A model generated the notes under the pieces. The model did no database searches. It saw only the letters and a list, made by a program, of their open reading frames with translations, and was not told the origin of the DNA. Below, piece by piece: positions 1 to 13,147 of a DNA stretch of 64,000 bases. Source of the DNA: Lytechinus pictus (Eukaryota); the NCBI RefSeq assembly GCF_037042905.1, contig NC_087251.1, positions 9,364,001-9,428,000 on the forward strand. The letters are read 5' to 3'. The first letter of the stretch is position 1. The number at the start of each line of letters is the position of its first letter. A program made the translations under genes and the position numbers.

Positions 1-333
1 AAAAGGGGACCCCAAAAGTAAGATCGTCTCTTCCAAAATACATGTTTTATTTCGATTTTGAATTAAAGACCAAAAATAGTAGAGGGGCATTTCATAATGT
101 GCCCCCGACTATTTTGGGTGAGGGGGACATGTCCCCCTGGGATTTGCGCCCATGTGGGTGGGGGTGATGCGCCTCTCTTTCGGAATCATTATGGAAGAGT
201 GTAAATACGAGTTCGCTGTGATTTCGATCTCATACCTATAAAAAAAAAATTGAACAGCTACGCCTTGAACACAGGCAAAAATGCCTAACGATTTCTCCGC
301 GGCATTAACAACTCTCGTAAGGGGCGCTCCATT

Positions 334-435
334 TATAAATAAAGTTGCATATGTAGCTGTCTACCGCGACAGGAACAGTCGCAGAATTGAAGCCAGAAGC
401 GTGGGAAATTGCCAGAAAATTCAAGAAAAGAACCG
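334..435 (+). promoter_or_regulatory. Candidate TATA box and non-coding first exon, possibly of the downstream sulfotransferase gene
   Basis: TATAAATA at 334-341; consensus donor CCG|GTGAGT at 435/436; a matching acceptor TTCAG lies before 6490. Linkage to the sulfotransferase is inferred. Confidence 0.3.
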
Positions 436-620
436 GTGAGTACCGATTTAACAGTACTAATTTATTAAGTAACATTTATTGAATCATAAGAAGATTTATT
501 TTTTAGTAAAACAAAGCTTAGTTCTAAGCTAGGGCGGCCCAAATGCGCGTGAGTGGAGTCCCAGTTTATTAGCACGGGTAAGTATTGGGGTGTCGCCTCG
601 AGTGCTTGACTATTAAAGCT

Positions 621-3256
621 TAGACAGCTGGCAGCCGTCTGTTTCGAGGAGTTTTTTAACATTTTTTTTTTTTTAATTTCTCCTCGTACACAGACGGCTC
701 GCTAGCGTGCAGCCACCATTAGGGGACTTGCAATGCAAAATCCCCCCGTCGGGGCTCTTCAATTTTTGTCTTTAATGAATAAAAATTTTGAAAATTAACG
801 CGACCAAAATGCAAATTAATATTCCCTCTTGGCATTAATTGCCAAAAAACGGAGAAAAATCAAGGTAAAAGGAACAAAAACAGTGACTTACCTCGGCTGT
901 CGCGCAAATTCACTTCCCCGTTTTATCCGATCTTAAGTACATAAACATATGGCCATTGAGTCCCCTGTACAGATCGCGCTAGAACTTCGGTCTCTGTATT
1001 TGGTGAGTGAAGCCAACGGAGTTCAGCTGAACAACCAACATAACAGAGACCGAAGCTTTTGGTCTAGACTAAGCTTAGACCAAAAGCTTCGGTCTCTGTT
1101 ATGTTGGTTGTTCAGCTGAACTCCGTTGGCTTCGCTCACCAAATACAGAGACCGAAGTTCTAGCGCGATCTGTACAGGGGACTCAATGGCAATATGTTTA
1201 TTAGACAGGAATAACCGTCGTTTCTGGGGATTTATTCAACAATTTCTGACATTTTACTGTAATCCCCATTTACCGACGGTAGGGTGTACGTGTGGGCTCG
1301 CATGTGTTCTCATTCCCTCCCTTTTGTAAATTCACAGTCCAAAGTTTGATGCAATTTTACACATCGAATTTACAATCTAAGGATGTATAAACAACAAACT
1401 TTTAATTGATGATATTCCAACATTTAAATACTTTAAACGATATAGATGAAAAAGGCATGAAAAATATACTTTACCGATGTTTAATTGGGTTGAACACGAT
1501 AAAAATGGTCAAAATGGCAGCCAAACTATAAAATATTTACAAACGAACGTCAACAATCACGAATGTGATATCGATATTGCTTTCGATATTATACGATCTG
1601 CTCCATATGCGAACGAAACCGAAGATAAACGATACTAGTTATACTAGTACGAGTACTAGTTATAATCGCGATATATCGATTCGAGACATTAAGTTAATAA
1701 CGACAATGACGTCATTCAAGATGGCAACTTGCAAGAAAAACCGTCAGGTCAGGTGAAAATGTCTTAGATGACAGATTTCTCAATCATCCAGAGGATTTTT
1801 TTCAATAACTCCGGCCCAAGGTATGCAATTACTTAAGTTATATATATTTCCCTGATAATGGAAACCATGAAACTTTCAATTTTGCTTAAAAAACAGTTTT
1901 AAATCGCGATCTATAAAACGCTAGTTCACTATACGTTGGCTGTAGGTACGGGGCCCCATCCCCTTCAGTCTATGTATGGTGAGTGGAGCCAACGTAGTTC
2001 AGCGGAACAACCAAAATACAGAGACTGAAGCTTTTGGTCTATATGTTTATGTATGGCAGTGTATCCTATTGCCGGACACCTTTATTTCAGTGCTTTAAAA
2101 ATGACAACTAGAGGAAATACAATCAAGAAAAATTCACACTTGCTATTCCAAATATTCTGAAAATTATGAATATGATAAAATTATTTTATATTTACCAACC
2201 ATTTTCTTTGCATCGCACTTGCCGCATACCCCTCCACGAAAAACAATTATTTTCGTGCGCGACAAATTACATCATGATTCCGGACGCGCGCCGGACGGGT
2301 AAAGATATCCTTGATTATAATGATGTAAGAACAAATTTTTGTGATTTTTTTTTCTTCTTATATCATATCATGAGTAAATTCTAAGTATTATTTGCTTTTT
2401 TATATCGAATCTGAGCAGATGTTGGTAATAAATTCGTGTTTGATAACTTATTTTATTTTGTCTTGTTAGCTGCATGTTCCATGGCACTTTCCAATGATAA
2501 TATGCTCGCGTTCGTATATCGTGACGCTCATCAAGTTCTATCGATGCGCTGCCGATCGACGGCTCTACTCACGGTAAACCTCGCGCACGGGTACCTTGAG
2601 AACTAGCCGTCGACGATCACCCACAATACACCACACCTCATCATTTGATCGATCAAGGAGTGGACGAGATTGAAATTCGGCAAATCAGGCCCATATTTCC
2701 GTTAGAAAATATATCAATTGTTAATACAAAATATGTTATATGATATTTTAAGCATTTTCTGTCATTTTTAGAGATAATTAGGTAAAAGTTGGATTTTTCG
2801 CCTTGTTTTTGCAATCTTGTTCTATGTATTGCTCTGTGAAATTGAATTGCGGAAGTCTTACGGTACGAATTTGTTTTAGAACGCAGTAATATGCGCGTCC
2901 GGAATCATAATAGTGTCCGGTAATACAATACGTGACTATACTTAAGATCGGATAAAACGGGGAAGTGAATTTGCGCGACAGCCGAGGTAAGTCACTGTTT
3001 TTGTTCCTTTTAACTTGATTTTTCTCCGTTTTTTGGCAATTAATGACAAGAGGGAATATCAATTTGCATTTTGGTCGCTTTAATTTTCAAAATTTTTATT
3101 CATTAAAGACAAAAATTGAAGAGCCCCGACGGGGGGATTTTGCATTGCAAGTCCCCTAATGGTGGCTGCACGCTAGCGAGCCGTCTGTGTACGAGGAGAA
3201 ATTAAAAAAAAAAAAAGTTAAAAAACTCCTCGAAACAGACGGCTGCCAGCTGTCTA
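621..3256. mobile_element. Non-autonomous DNA transposon with ~320 bp TIRs and TAG..CTA termini (Academ-like), carrying nested insertions
   Basis: 621-939 (TAGACAGCTGGCAGCCGTCTG...) is a near-perfect reverse complement of 2939-3256 (...CAGACGGCTGCCAGCTGTCTA). No clear TSD and no transposase ORF. Confidence 0.85.
940..2051. mobile_element. Nested composite insertion flanked by TA, containing a 261 bp palindrome and a TAGACCAAAAGC-ended element (1076-2041)
   Basis: Ends CATAAACATA / TATGTTTATG with TA at 938-939 and 2052-2053. Similarity to the host element's right arm resumes after 2053. 1076 TAGACCAAAAGCTTCGGTCTCTGT pairs with ACAGAGACTGAAGCTTTTGGTCTA ending at 2041. Confidence 0.7.
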
Positions 3257-3786
3257 GACGTCTAAGCTAAGCCTACCATATATTGTTGTACTCATTTGTA
3301 GAACCCACACAAACATGAATATGTAGGACCATTATACAGTCAAGGTGAAGCCGCGGGCAGTGAGGGTTTTCCAGCATTTTGCATCAAAATAACAGTAAAA
3401 ATTACCATGGTAATTAGATGAACCACATTTATAAATACAAAAAGTCTCCCAATCGCCAACTTACCCTGATCTTCTGACTGATTGCTTTCCCCATCTCCAT
3501 GATTGATGTCTTTAAAATCAGTATTGTTTTTTATAAAATAGATTATCGTCATCCGATCATCGCTACAATAATTCAGGTACAGAAACAGACAAATTGAAAA
3601 CGAAAAAAATAATTAAAAAAATTGAGAGATTTTTTGACAAGGCAATAATAATGAAGGGGGCAGAGAGAGAGAGAACAAAGAAAGAACAGAAAAATAATCA
3701 CAATAAATAAACAAAAATAAGAAAAAATTAAAATGAAAAGAAGAAGAAGAATTTATTTGTCAATAATTCTTCCCCTCCTTTTCGAA

Positions 3787-4384
3787 CAAGTCCACGTACC
3801 CCAACATAAAGTTGATTTGAATAAAAAGAGTAAAATCCAACAAGCATAACATTGAAATTTCATCAAAATCGGATGTAAAATAAGAATGACTTTTTCAAGT
3901 TTCGCTTAATTTCACAGAACAGTTATATGCACATACTGGTCGGTATGCAAATGAAGAGAGTGATGACGTTATCCACTCACTATTTTTTTTGTATTTATCA
4001 TATGAAATATTCTAATTTTCTCCTTATTGTCCTATGAAACAAAGTTTTATTCCTCCCTGAACATTTGGTATAACCATTGTTTTAACATTTCATGAATCAT
4101 TAAAGTTGGTCCTTAATGTCAAATGTGTAAAGATTGAAATATTGCATAATTCAAAAAAAGAAAGAAATAGTGAGTGATGGACAATTGGACATCATTGACT
4201 CTCTCATTTGCATATCACTGATTTGTGGATATTATAACTGTTTTGTGAAAAATAAGCGAAACTTTAAAAAGTCATAACTTTCTCATTTTACGTCCGATTT
4301 TTATGAAATTTTCAGCGTTGTGCTTTTTGGATTTTTCTCTATTGATTCAAATCAACATTTTTTTGGGGTAGACTTGACCTTTAA
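3787..4384. mobile_element. MITE with long imperfect TIRs and an AGG/CCT end next to TTAA (Kolobok-like)
   Basis: Right end GGGGTAGACTTGACCT|TTAA; arms 3810-3990 and 4170-4370 are inverted copies; a second family member starts TTAA|AGGTCAAGTCCACCCC at 61568. Confidence 0.75.
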
Positions 4385-5471
4385 AAGTCTTCTCTCACAA
4401 GTTTTCTCATTTTATCTTCGCCAATAGGATTTGTTTGCCAATACACAAATTCGAAATAAATTAAATATATACATATACTGGGTACATCTTAATACCAGCG
4501 TGTAGGGAGGCATGCACGTCTCAATCATAGCCAAATCCTAATGACTCTCAGTATGATAATATTATTCACATTCTTATGCACATTCGAACAATTACTAGCC
4601 CAGCGACCTGTCTGACATCACATAGACAATATGTCTTTTTCATCATCATTAAATCGTAAATATAACTCGGTCTTCCAAAGGGGCGGAACAAAATCTTGTA
4701 ATGTGGGTCACGGAAAAGTGATCAATTCTGCTTAGGATTTTTTTAATTGGTCAAAATTTGTCACCCCGAAAATTAAGCACAATAAAAAAGAAGAATAAGG
4801 GACAAATTCCACTCTCACTTCAAATGGGAGGGGGAAGCACATAAAATTGTACACAATGTTAATATTTACTATGTGAACCTTTCAGTAGTTGTTTAACAGT
4901 TCAAACAACCACGTTTAATTTATTGAGGATTATACTACTAAAAATTAAACTTTGTTGTTTTAGATTTTACACATTTTTAAAAACTGTTTTAAAATAACTA
5001 CGGTAAGGTTGATATAGTAAACAGCGTTATATAAAAAAGAATTAAGAGTTTTAGAGCAGTATACAATGTATAGAGTTTTTACTGTGTATTTATATAGAAA
5101 AGGTTAAGACTACCAGACGGCTGCAGTACTACTGCCCTCTCGCATCAGGTACCCAAGTACTGACGGGGAAAAAAATCGTGCCCGCGGCCCCATCGTCTTT
5201 ATTGGATTGGACGCTTTTTTGTCCCACTCGTTCTTGATTTGAAGAAAATAGCTCCACTAGGCCCTTTTCCCCAAATCCAATGTCTGGCAACATAATCATT
5301 ATTTTCTGAAGAAAAAAAAAAGATGAGGAAACCGGGGCAATAATCATGAATAAAGCAGTATACAACGTACTACTGATGTAATGTATTATTTGGGGTGAAA
5401 GATTCTAGGGCGTGTCCCTGCGTCCACGCCAGGTCATCTTGTCAGGCCCGAAAACACATGAATCCGTCAAT

Positions 5472-5537
5472 ATCATCATCATCATCACCTTCACCACCAC
5501 CACCACCACCATCATCATCGTCATCACCATCATCATC
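5472..5537. repeat. (CAT)n/(CAC)n microsatellite
   Basis: Directly visible trinucleotide runs. Confidence 0.9.
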
Positions 5538-6615
5538 GGTCTATGCTTTTCCATTTTAATATGTTATCATTTTTCAACTATTCCTAAACAACACTTGTCA
5601 TAAGAAGTGTAATTATTGACAACAAACACCAATATCGATAGATTGACACACCTGTTGGTACTCAAAATAAACATTAGCTGATTAAACTTTATTATGATTT
5701 ATGTAAATTCTCTCATAGAAATGATGATAGGAGAGAGTGTGAAATGTGAGGCAATAGCATTCCGCCAACTAAAAGATTATGAATCTTAATTGTATAGATT
5801 TTTTTGGAATCCAAGAGAACGTATTTTAATATCAATTTGTTCATTCAGGTATATGACTTTTCACTTCCTTTTTTATCTTACCACTTTTTACAATTTTTTG
5901 TCTTTCATAATATCTAAGCATATCATTTGCAGCAATAGTTTTGAGAATAAAGACAATCACAATTATTTTGCCAGTGGTCATGAAACTTCGGTCAACTTGA
6001 TTTTTCGATATAGTTCAATGACCTGAACTTATTTTTTTTGTAAGGATTTTCTTTTATCAGTGAAAATTTAACATCAGTATCTACATTGTGCAAATAAAAT
6101 GACCTGACTAACATTCCTATATTATACTCCCTCAGACTACTTGTTTGCAAAAGAATCTGTTTAAATTTATTCAAAACCTACAAAATCAGTAATGAAACCG
6201 CTTTCATCTAGAGAGGAGAGGGGCCATACATGGCCTATTAGTTAAACCATATATATTTCAACTTGTAAAAGTGCAAAAGCACATCAAAAATATTCGAGAG
6301 GGCATACTTTTCTCACGATTGTCGAACTCCCTTCTTCCTCCCCACCTTCTTTCCCCAACGGCCGTGTGATAAGAGCGATGAGAAAATCGTTTTGTGTTTG
6401 TTATAAATTGCATGCAGGGGTATACGGGATGATAATATTGAACTAGAACCGTCTCGATTGATATAGATCATCATTTTTTGTTTATTCAGCTGAGGACGCT
6501 TCCCTGTGAATCCATCTGTTGACTCTTATGAGCAGAGAAAGTGAGTGTTCATTAGCAGCTTGATGAAAAAACTATTTAAACATACTTAATTTATAGTTCT
6601 GTGGTGTTGATAATC

Positions 6616-8296
6616 ATGTCTAGGCCCACTATACGGTCGTTATGGTTCGTCTTGGGAATGATGTTATTAGCGACAGTTATCATCTCCTATTTTTACTCAG
6701 GTATGTTCCCCATCTTCCTTCTTTTTATATTTTCATTTCATCATAATACTTGTTTCAATTTGGCGCTGCATGCCTCCAACTTGTAAGCCCCTAGATCGGA
6801 GGAAGTCGGGTACTTTCACCCTCCACCACGAGTACCAATAATATGTTGAAGTCCCACCCCACTATGTTGTCTGCGGAGATTTGGAAAATAATATATCATC
6901 TTTGTATACGATCACTGCCATTTTCACTTTCATGTTTTCTTTTTAAGGATATATACCAAGCGGACGCTTCGCATTATTAAGGACATTGAATCGTGAAACA
7001 AAGCTTAAATTGAACAGACCAGGTATTGGAAGAGAAGAAGCAAGACAGGTAAAATTTTCTTTTTAAAAATGGATTTATAATGCGAAGATAAATGTACAAG
7101 ATGTTGTATATCTCCCATTTAAACTATTATTGAAATCAAAGAATAACCCCCCCCCGGTTTCAATTTGATGACAAATATTTTCATCCGCTCAATGCATATA
7201 AATTCCTGTGATATTTTATGGTGGCAAATTATAATGCAACTTCCACATTTTCGTTGAGAAACACCTCTTGTATTAAGGCCTCATGTATCATGATGATTGC
7301 ATTGAATAAAGTTGCTTTGGAACTAAATGATTGTTTGAGGGGGCATATGCCTGTTATTATAATCACTTGAAGAACAATAAGCATAATTGATAAGCTAAGC
7401 CTAGAATACTTTTTGTCCTCAGGTAAGCTGCATGTTTCTTTTCTTATATATTCTCTTTGATCTGATAGAATAGGAGGAAGCAAGCTCTAACACGCGGATG
7501 TAAAGCCATGAGGATGCCTCCATCATTTCGTTTGTACAACCATCTCAATCCCAAACAAGTGTCCACCCTAGATCATTTTATCGTGATGGAAGAGCTAAAA
7601 TTGTTTTATTGTTGCATACCACACGCTGGCTGCAACACATTGAAGACAATTTGGGGATCGCATGATGGCCGCATGCACCAGGGGCATGATGATGGAGTTG
7701 AGAATCGACGAACACCTCGCCTGTTGAGTCAATATAAAACAGAGAAAGTCAAGTCGATATTACAGGAATATTCATCTTTTATCTTCACGAGGAATCCGTA
7801 TTATAGGCTACTCTCTGCGTTTTTAACAATATTTAAACAAAAAGGGCAATTGTCTGAGGTTGACGAATCAGTCAGAGAGATAGGACGAATATTCACTTCG
7901 AAAATTAAAAAAGAGAAACGTCATTCAGCGAACGATGATCATTCCAACTATTCGGTTACTTTTCCAGATTTTGTAGGTCATGTTTCGAGTTCGACAAACA
8001 GGTTGTTAGGGAAAGGTGAGGACAGATGGAGAGAGATATACCGTCTATGTCATCTCTGTGGAGTTGACTATGAATTCCTTGGAAAGTATGAGACATTTCA
8101 GGAAGATACCAAAATAATCACGAGAAGATATGGTTTGGATATAAACGTCACTGAAGTTCATCTGGATGATTCTCCTCTTGATGTCGATGTCGACGTAATG
8201 AAGAGATACCTCCAAGAGCTCACCCCTTCCCAAATTACTCAGTTCTCAAAACGATATGTCGCAGATACATCCCTCTTTGGTTACACGATTCCGTAA
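6616..8296 (+). CDS. Carbohydrate sulfotransferase-like protein (Sulfotransfer_2 family, CHST8-14/CHST11-like), join(6616..6700,6948..7048,7469..8296), 337 aa
   Basis: GT-AG introns keep the frame (85+101+828 nt). N-terminal signal anchor MSRPTIRSLWFVLGMMLLATVIISYFY; 5'-PSB-like FYCCIPHAGCN; 3'-PB FTRNPYYRLLSAF; family motif LCHLCGVDYEFLGKYETF; C-terminal YVADTSLFGY. Probable 5'UTR exon at 6490-6540. Confidence 0.88.
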
Positions 8297-8322
8297 TCAC
8301 TATAAGAATTAAATACTCATTA

Positions 8323-8554
8323 CCTTCTAAATTCCAAGGATTTCAAGTAAATTCAGATTGACTGTGAATGGTGGCCAGCCAAATTTTGGATTCATTTTCA
8401 ATCTTTAGGATTAGCTTTTAAATCTCAAATGATTTAAATTCAAATCTTTTAGCTTTATGTTTAAATCCTAATGATTTTAATCTTAATCTGATATTCGGCT
8501 GATCACTATTCACAGCCGATCTGGATTTACTTTAAATCCTTGGAATTTAGAGAG
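8323..8554. mobile_element. Palindromic TA-flanked MITE
   Basis: TA|CCTTCTAAATTCCAAGGATTT ... AAATCCTTGGAATTTAGAGAG|TA with ~70 bp imperfect arms. Confidence 0.8.
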
Positions 8555-8559
8555 TAATA

Positions 8560-8802
8560 TACTGCAAAAACTCTGGTGTTGATTTAACACCAGCCCGGGA
8601 TCTATATATGTCCACACCAGAGAAGTGTTAAACAACACCGGTTTTGGTATTAGTCTAACACCAGATAGGTGTTTATACAACACCAATTAGTATTAAAACA
8701 GCATCGGTTTGATTCCAAACTGGTGTTGTTTCGATACTTCTCTGGTGTGAACATATATAGATTCAGGGCTGTTGTTAAATCAACGCCGGAGTTTTTGCAG
8801 TG
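8560..8802. mobile_element. Palindromic TA-flanked MITE
   Basis: TA|TACTGCAAAAACTCTGGTGTTGATTTAACA ... TGTTAAATCAACGCCGGAGTTTTTGCAGTG|TA; arms ~100 bp. Confidence 0.85.
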
Positions 8803-9736
8803 TAGAAACACTTATAACTAGCAGATGTAGTGAAACAATACAAATTATTTTGTATGAAATGGGACCCGGATTTGAACTTTTATAAGCTAAACTTAATCTG
8901 CAGAGAAGAAAATTAAAGTTATTTCAATTAAAGGGAAAGGGAAATGCGAACATAATAGGGTATTTGTGTTGAGAATCATGAGTACAATAGTCCTAATCTA
9001 ACAAGAAAGGGAGCAATTGTGGTTGTGCTATAACGGTGTATTGAAAGTGCATTGGGCTTTAAGAAATGAAAATACATGTATGAGATCATTGAGATGAGTT
9101 ATTATTGAAAGCGCTGAAAGTTTAAAGCTGGACAATGCATATATTACTATGTCTGTATAGGTGATTTTTAATCCATCATGCACTCTTTCCAACTCAGTCA
9201 TGTCAGTCATGTGTGCATTTTGAACGATGAGATGGTTCTCAAAATAATGAAAGAAGAGAAACATATCTTTCTATTCATATACATAATCAAAGCAAATTAT
9301 TTATGATAATGATATAAAAAATACACTGAATTACGGTTTCATTTTTTTCTGTGATGCACTGTATATTGTTCTATTTATTATCATTATATTTATTATGTTC
9401 TGTTATTTCAATGAAAAATAAAAACTTATTTAAAAAAGGAAAAACAAACAAACAAAACAATAACTTGAATGGACCAGCAGGCGAAAGGCTAATTTGTCTT
9501 TTAATTTGATGATGGGGATCAGTCCTGTGACTTTCTCTGCCCCAAAATGACCTTCCTTGGCTGGCTGACTGATTTGTTTTTGTTTGTTGTTTTGTTTCTC
9601 TCTCTCTTATCTTCATCTATTATACGGAACACTTTTACTAGTGTAGCTATGCTTGTTCCAACTCGCTTTCAACTTCCATTTTAATGTCTCAGGAGCTGGC
9701 TTTATGCGATTCATATAATCTTTGTTCTCCATTTCA

Positions 9737-11715
9737 CAGGGGCGGCGGAACATGTTTGAAGAGGGCGGGGCGAAGCAGAAAAGGGGTAGGGCTTAAAACC
9801 ATTTACACAAGAGAAGAGGAGAAAGCCACTGACTTTTTTGTTTTACTTAGAAGGTTGTTTTTTAAGAGGGTCATCCCCCATCCAACATTCCCCTGCCCCT
9901 GCCTTGTCAAATAATGTTTTCAAGCTTTTTTTTTGTTAGAACGAATTCAGACATAACATTAAAGCCAACCACAAAACTAAAAAATGAGCCCCCCCCCCCC
10001 CCCGTTGCACCATTCTTGTTGAAATTATTTTCATACTTTCTTGAAATCGAAAAAATTATGTGGAAGTATTAAAGTGCAGCTAGTTATATCTTTGAATTTA
10101 TTACACTTCAGACTTTATTTTTTTCTTCATTTAGCAATTTTCCAATCCCTTCTTTTATGATATAATATCATTCAATTGTGTAAACGAATTTAGTCTATGA
10201 TCAGGTTGTCATAAAGCAAGAAAGAGATAGAGAGGGAGAATTTAGACATTATAAATATAATTTATTTTTAATGGAACGTTTAAAACAACCTTAAGCGATT
10301 TGTACATGTTTGTTGATGAATATTCGTCGGAAAAGAGAGAAATAAGAAAGTATTCACTGTCTTCATTGCCATAATAGCCTTAGTTTATAATTTGCTTGCT
10401 TTTTTAAGAAACATAATTATTATATCTAATTCATTTAACAAAACCTTCGAAAAGAAGTATTCTTTGGATTTGTGAAAAAAAGTAGACACGTTTCCAAGTC
10501 ATCCAATTATTCTCTAGTTTTATTTTCAGATCTTAAATTCTGACAATCCCTGACAAAATATCTTAGACAAATAATTACTTTACCATTGTGTTGCAGATAG
10601 ACGCAACATTAAAATACTTCGAATGATTCACCATTTAATTTTGATGACTATCAAACTCAATAGTGCATAAAATGTACAAGTGTTTAGAACTGAAACAAGT
10701 TGTCATTATTATTTTCTACGTTCTTTGAATCATTCCAATTTTGTAAATATGTAATTATATTGACTTTTTCAATAACACCTGCACAAAAATGTTTAATTTG
10801 CAATGAATTAAACATTAATGTTTAAAGTGAGTGTTAAACAATTACTCTTAAGTTCATGACGTCATACACAAGCAGATGCCCTTATTGAATTTTGAATAAA
10901 TTTAAATTTTATAATGGTTAATGGTAACTAAAAAAATCGTTTCTTTCTGGAGCGGATGTAAAAAAAAAAATTTCTGTTGATACATTAGGTAAAATAATAA
11001 TAATACAAAAATTTGAGAAAATAAAATTTTAATGATTTTTTCCTCGACGATATATGGGAAGCTGCTCGCATATGACGTCACAGATGAAAAATTAATATTA
11101 TAATAACTTATATTTCAATTATTTGTGGATTTTCCTTAAACCTCCACTTATATTTTCTGTCGTTTTGATACAACACAGATATAGTGCGCCATTGGATAGG
11201 CAACTAGATAATCGGTGCCTACATACAGTGCGTCATGGGGAACTACCCCTTTAACATCTAATGCAGAATTCCTCAACTAATAGTAATGTTTGAGAAATGG
11301 CTGATCTATCTACACTTCTATCTTATCCACACGAATTGTTGGATATAAGTTTTCAGTTAGTGCAATGCACTAATTTAATGCATAATCACAGGTATACTCG
11401 TATGTGAAGAATATAGTTTAGTCATATTATATTGTTTCAAACAAGAGATGGCGCTACACCACTTATTGCATTCTAGCGTTAATTGCATACGTTAGAGCTA
11501 CATTATAATGTATAAAACGAGAGATGGCGCTAGACCACTTTTAGCATACCTACATTGCCTGCATGTGCATAGTCTTTTGTTTTTGGAGCTAGAAATGCAG
11601 GACTCTTAATACTCAAGAACACAATTTGTATCATTCTTGCTCTTAAGAAGGATTATGATGTTTGATAACAATTGTATCATTACTACTAGCAGTAGTAATA
11701 GTAATGATAAGAAAC
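9737..11715 (+). repeat. Left arm of a large diverged inverted duplication (partners ~16590-18080 and 18800-18970)
   Basis: 11440-11670 is the reverse complement of 16678-16920; 9985-10045 of 18018-18075; 9737-9781 of 18928-18970. Confidence 0.85.
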
Positions 11716-12734
11716 TTGAATTCATAGGCCTACATGATGTGTTTTTTTTTTCTACCTTTCTCCCACAGCAGCCAATAGATACTTTGGCTGACTGTGGTAT
11801 TTTCTCAATTGAATTCTGACTTGATAGACCCACGCTGCCAAAACGTCCCCTTCTATAGTTCCATCATTATTCCTTCTTCTTCTTCTTCTTTCTCCTCCTT
11901 CTGTCTAAAAAAAAACAAACTTAGGGGTAGGTGGTCCCCTGTACCCCACTCTGTAGCGCTGCCCCTTTGCAAAGTCTTGGCATAGAAAGGCAGAACTCCG
12001 AACTATAATATTTTCGATCCATTTTCAGAATCCTTATTCATCATATGATTCTTTGAAAAACAACCCCCTACAATAATATGTAGGATTCGTGCGGAAAAAA
12101 AAGCAAGATAAATTATTCATATCAGATTTCGTGAAAAGGTTTTGTAGTTTTAAAACTTAAGTAAAATTATACCCATGATAATGTTATATATTCAAAAAGG
12201 GGTTATATGCTATAAAACCTGGCACCTTATTGCGACAAAGTAGAAAGTACATTGATTTCAACAAAACACACCACTGGCATAAATCAGAGCATCTCTTAAT
12301 ATCAAACATTTTAAACACTATGCTAACAATTTTGAACATTGTTTTTACAATGTATTAATGGGCGAAAAAACGCTAATACAAAAATATGTTCATGAGAATA
12401 ACTTTGTCAAAAATCCTTCGATTCACTCTGATTATATATTATTTATCTCTATCAGAAAGACATCAATTGATAAAAAAAAAAAGAATTAAAACCATGACCC
12501 ATGTTGTCGCACAATTCCCTTAAAATAATGAAACCAACAAATTCATTTTATTATATGTTTAAACCAGGGGCGGATCCAAGATCGGGACGAACATTTTTTT
12601 TTAATTCTCAATTGAGTAATACAATGAAACAACATACTCCTTTTGATACTCTTCACCCCCTTTTCACTCCCACCCCCTCTATTTAGCACTGCCCTTGCTT
12701 TCGGCCATGTTTTTAATGAATAACGGTTCTTAAT

Positions 12735-13147
12735 GGCGACCGCACACCTTACGACTGGTCTGCGACCCGATTTCAGAATAAATGTAGTAGAATTTGATGC
12801 TGATATTGAGACTTTGAATATCTTACTGTGTAATGTTCTAAATCATCGTACGAATACCTATGATCAAATATGTGACTATGCTATCATCCTTCTTAAAATA
12901 AAAGCGAATTTAATATCTAGTCGTAATGACGTCATAGCAGTCGTACGATTGGCTACGATTTGAAACTAATTTGGTCTTTACTCCAAAATAAGGGCTTGCA
13001 ATCTTTCAAAATGGTTATAATAATATTATTTCACTTAATTTTAACCTCAAATAAAATGATATGTTCCATTCACATCTTCAGAAATTGAGCAAAATGTGAT
13101 TTGTTCCAAAATCGGGTCGCAAACCAGTCGTAAGGTGTGCGGTCGCC
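12735..13147. mobile_element. MITE with ~40 bp TIRs and GGC..GCC ends (PIF/Harbinger- or Kolobok-like)
   Basis: GGCGACCGCACACCTTACGACTGGTCTGCGACCCGATTT ... AAATCGGGTCGCAAACCAGTCGTAAGGTGTGCGGTCGCC|TTAA. Confidence 0.85.

Noticed and set aside
9617..9732. Short minus-strand ORF MENKDYMNRIKPAPETLKWK...
   Set aside because: About 38 codons, no recognisable family and no supporting splice context.
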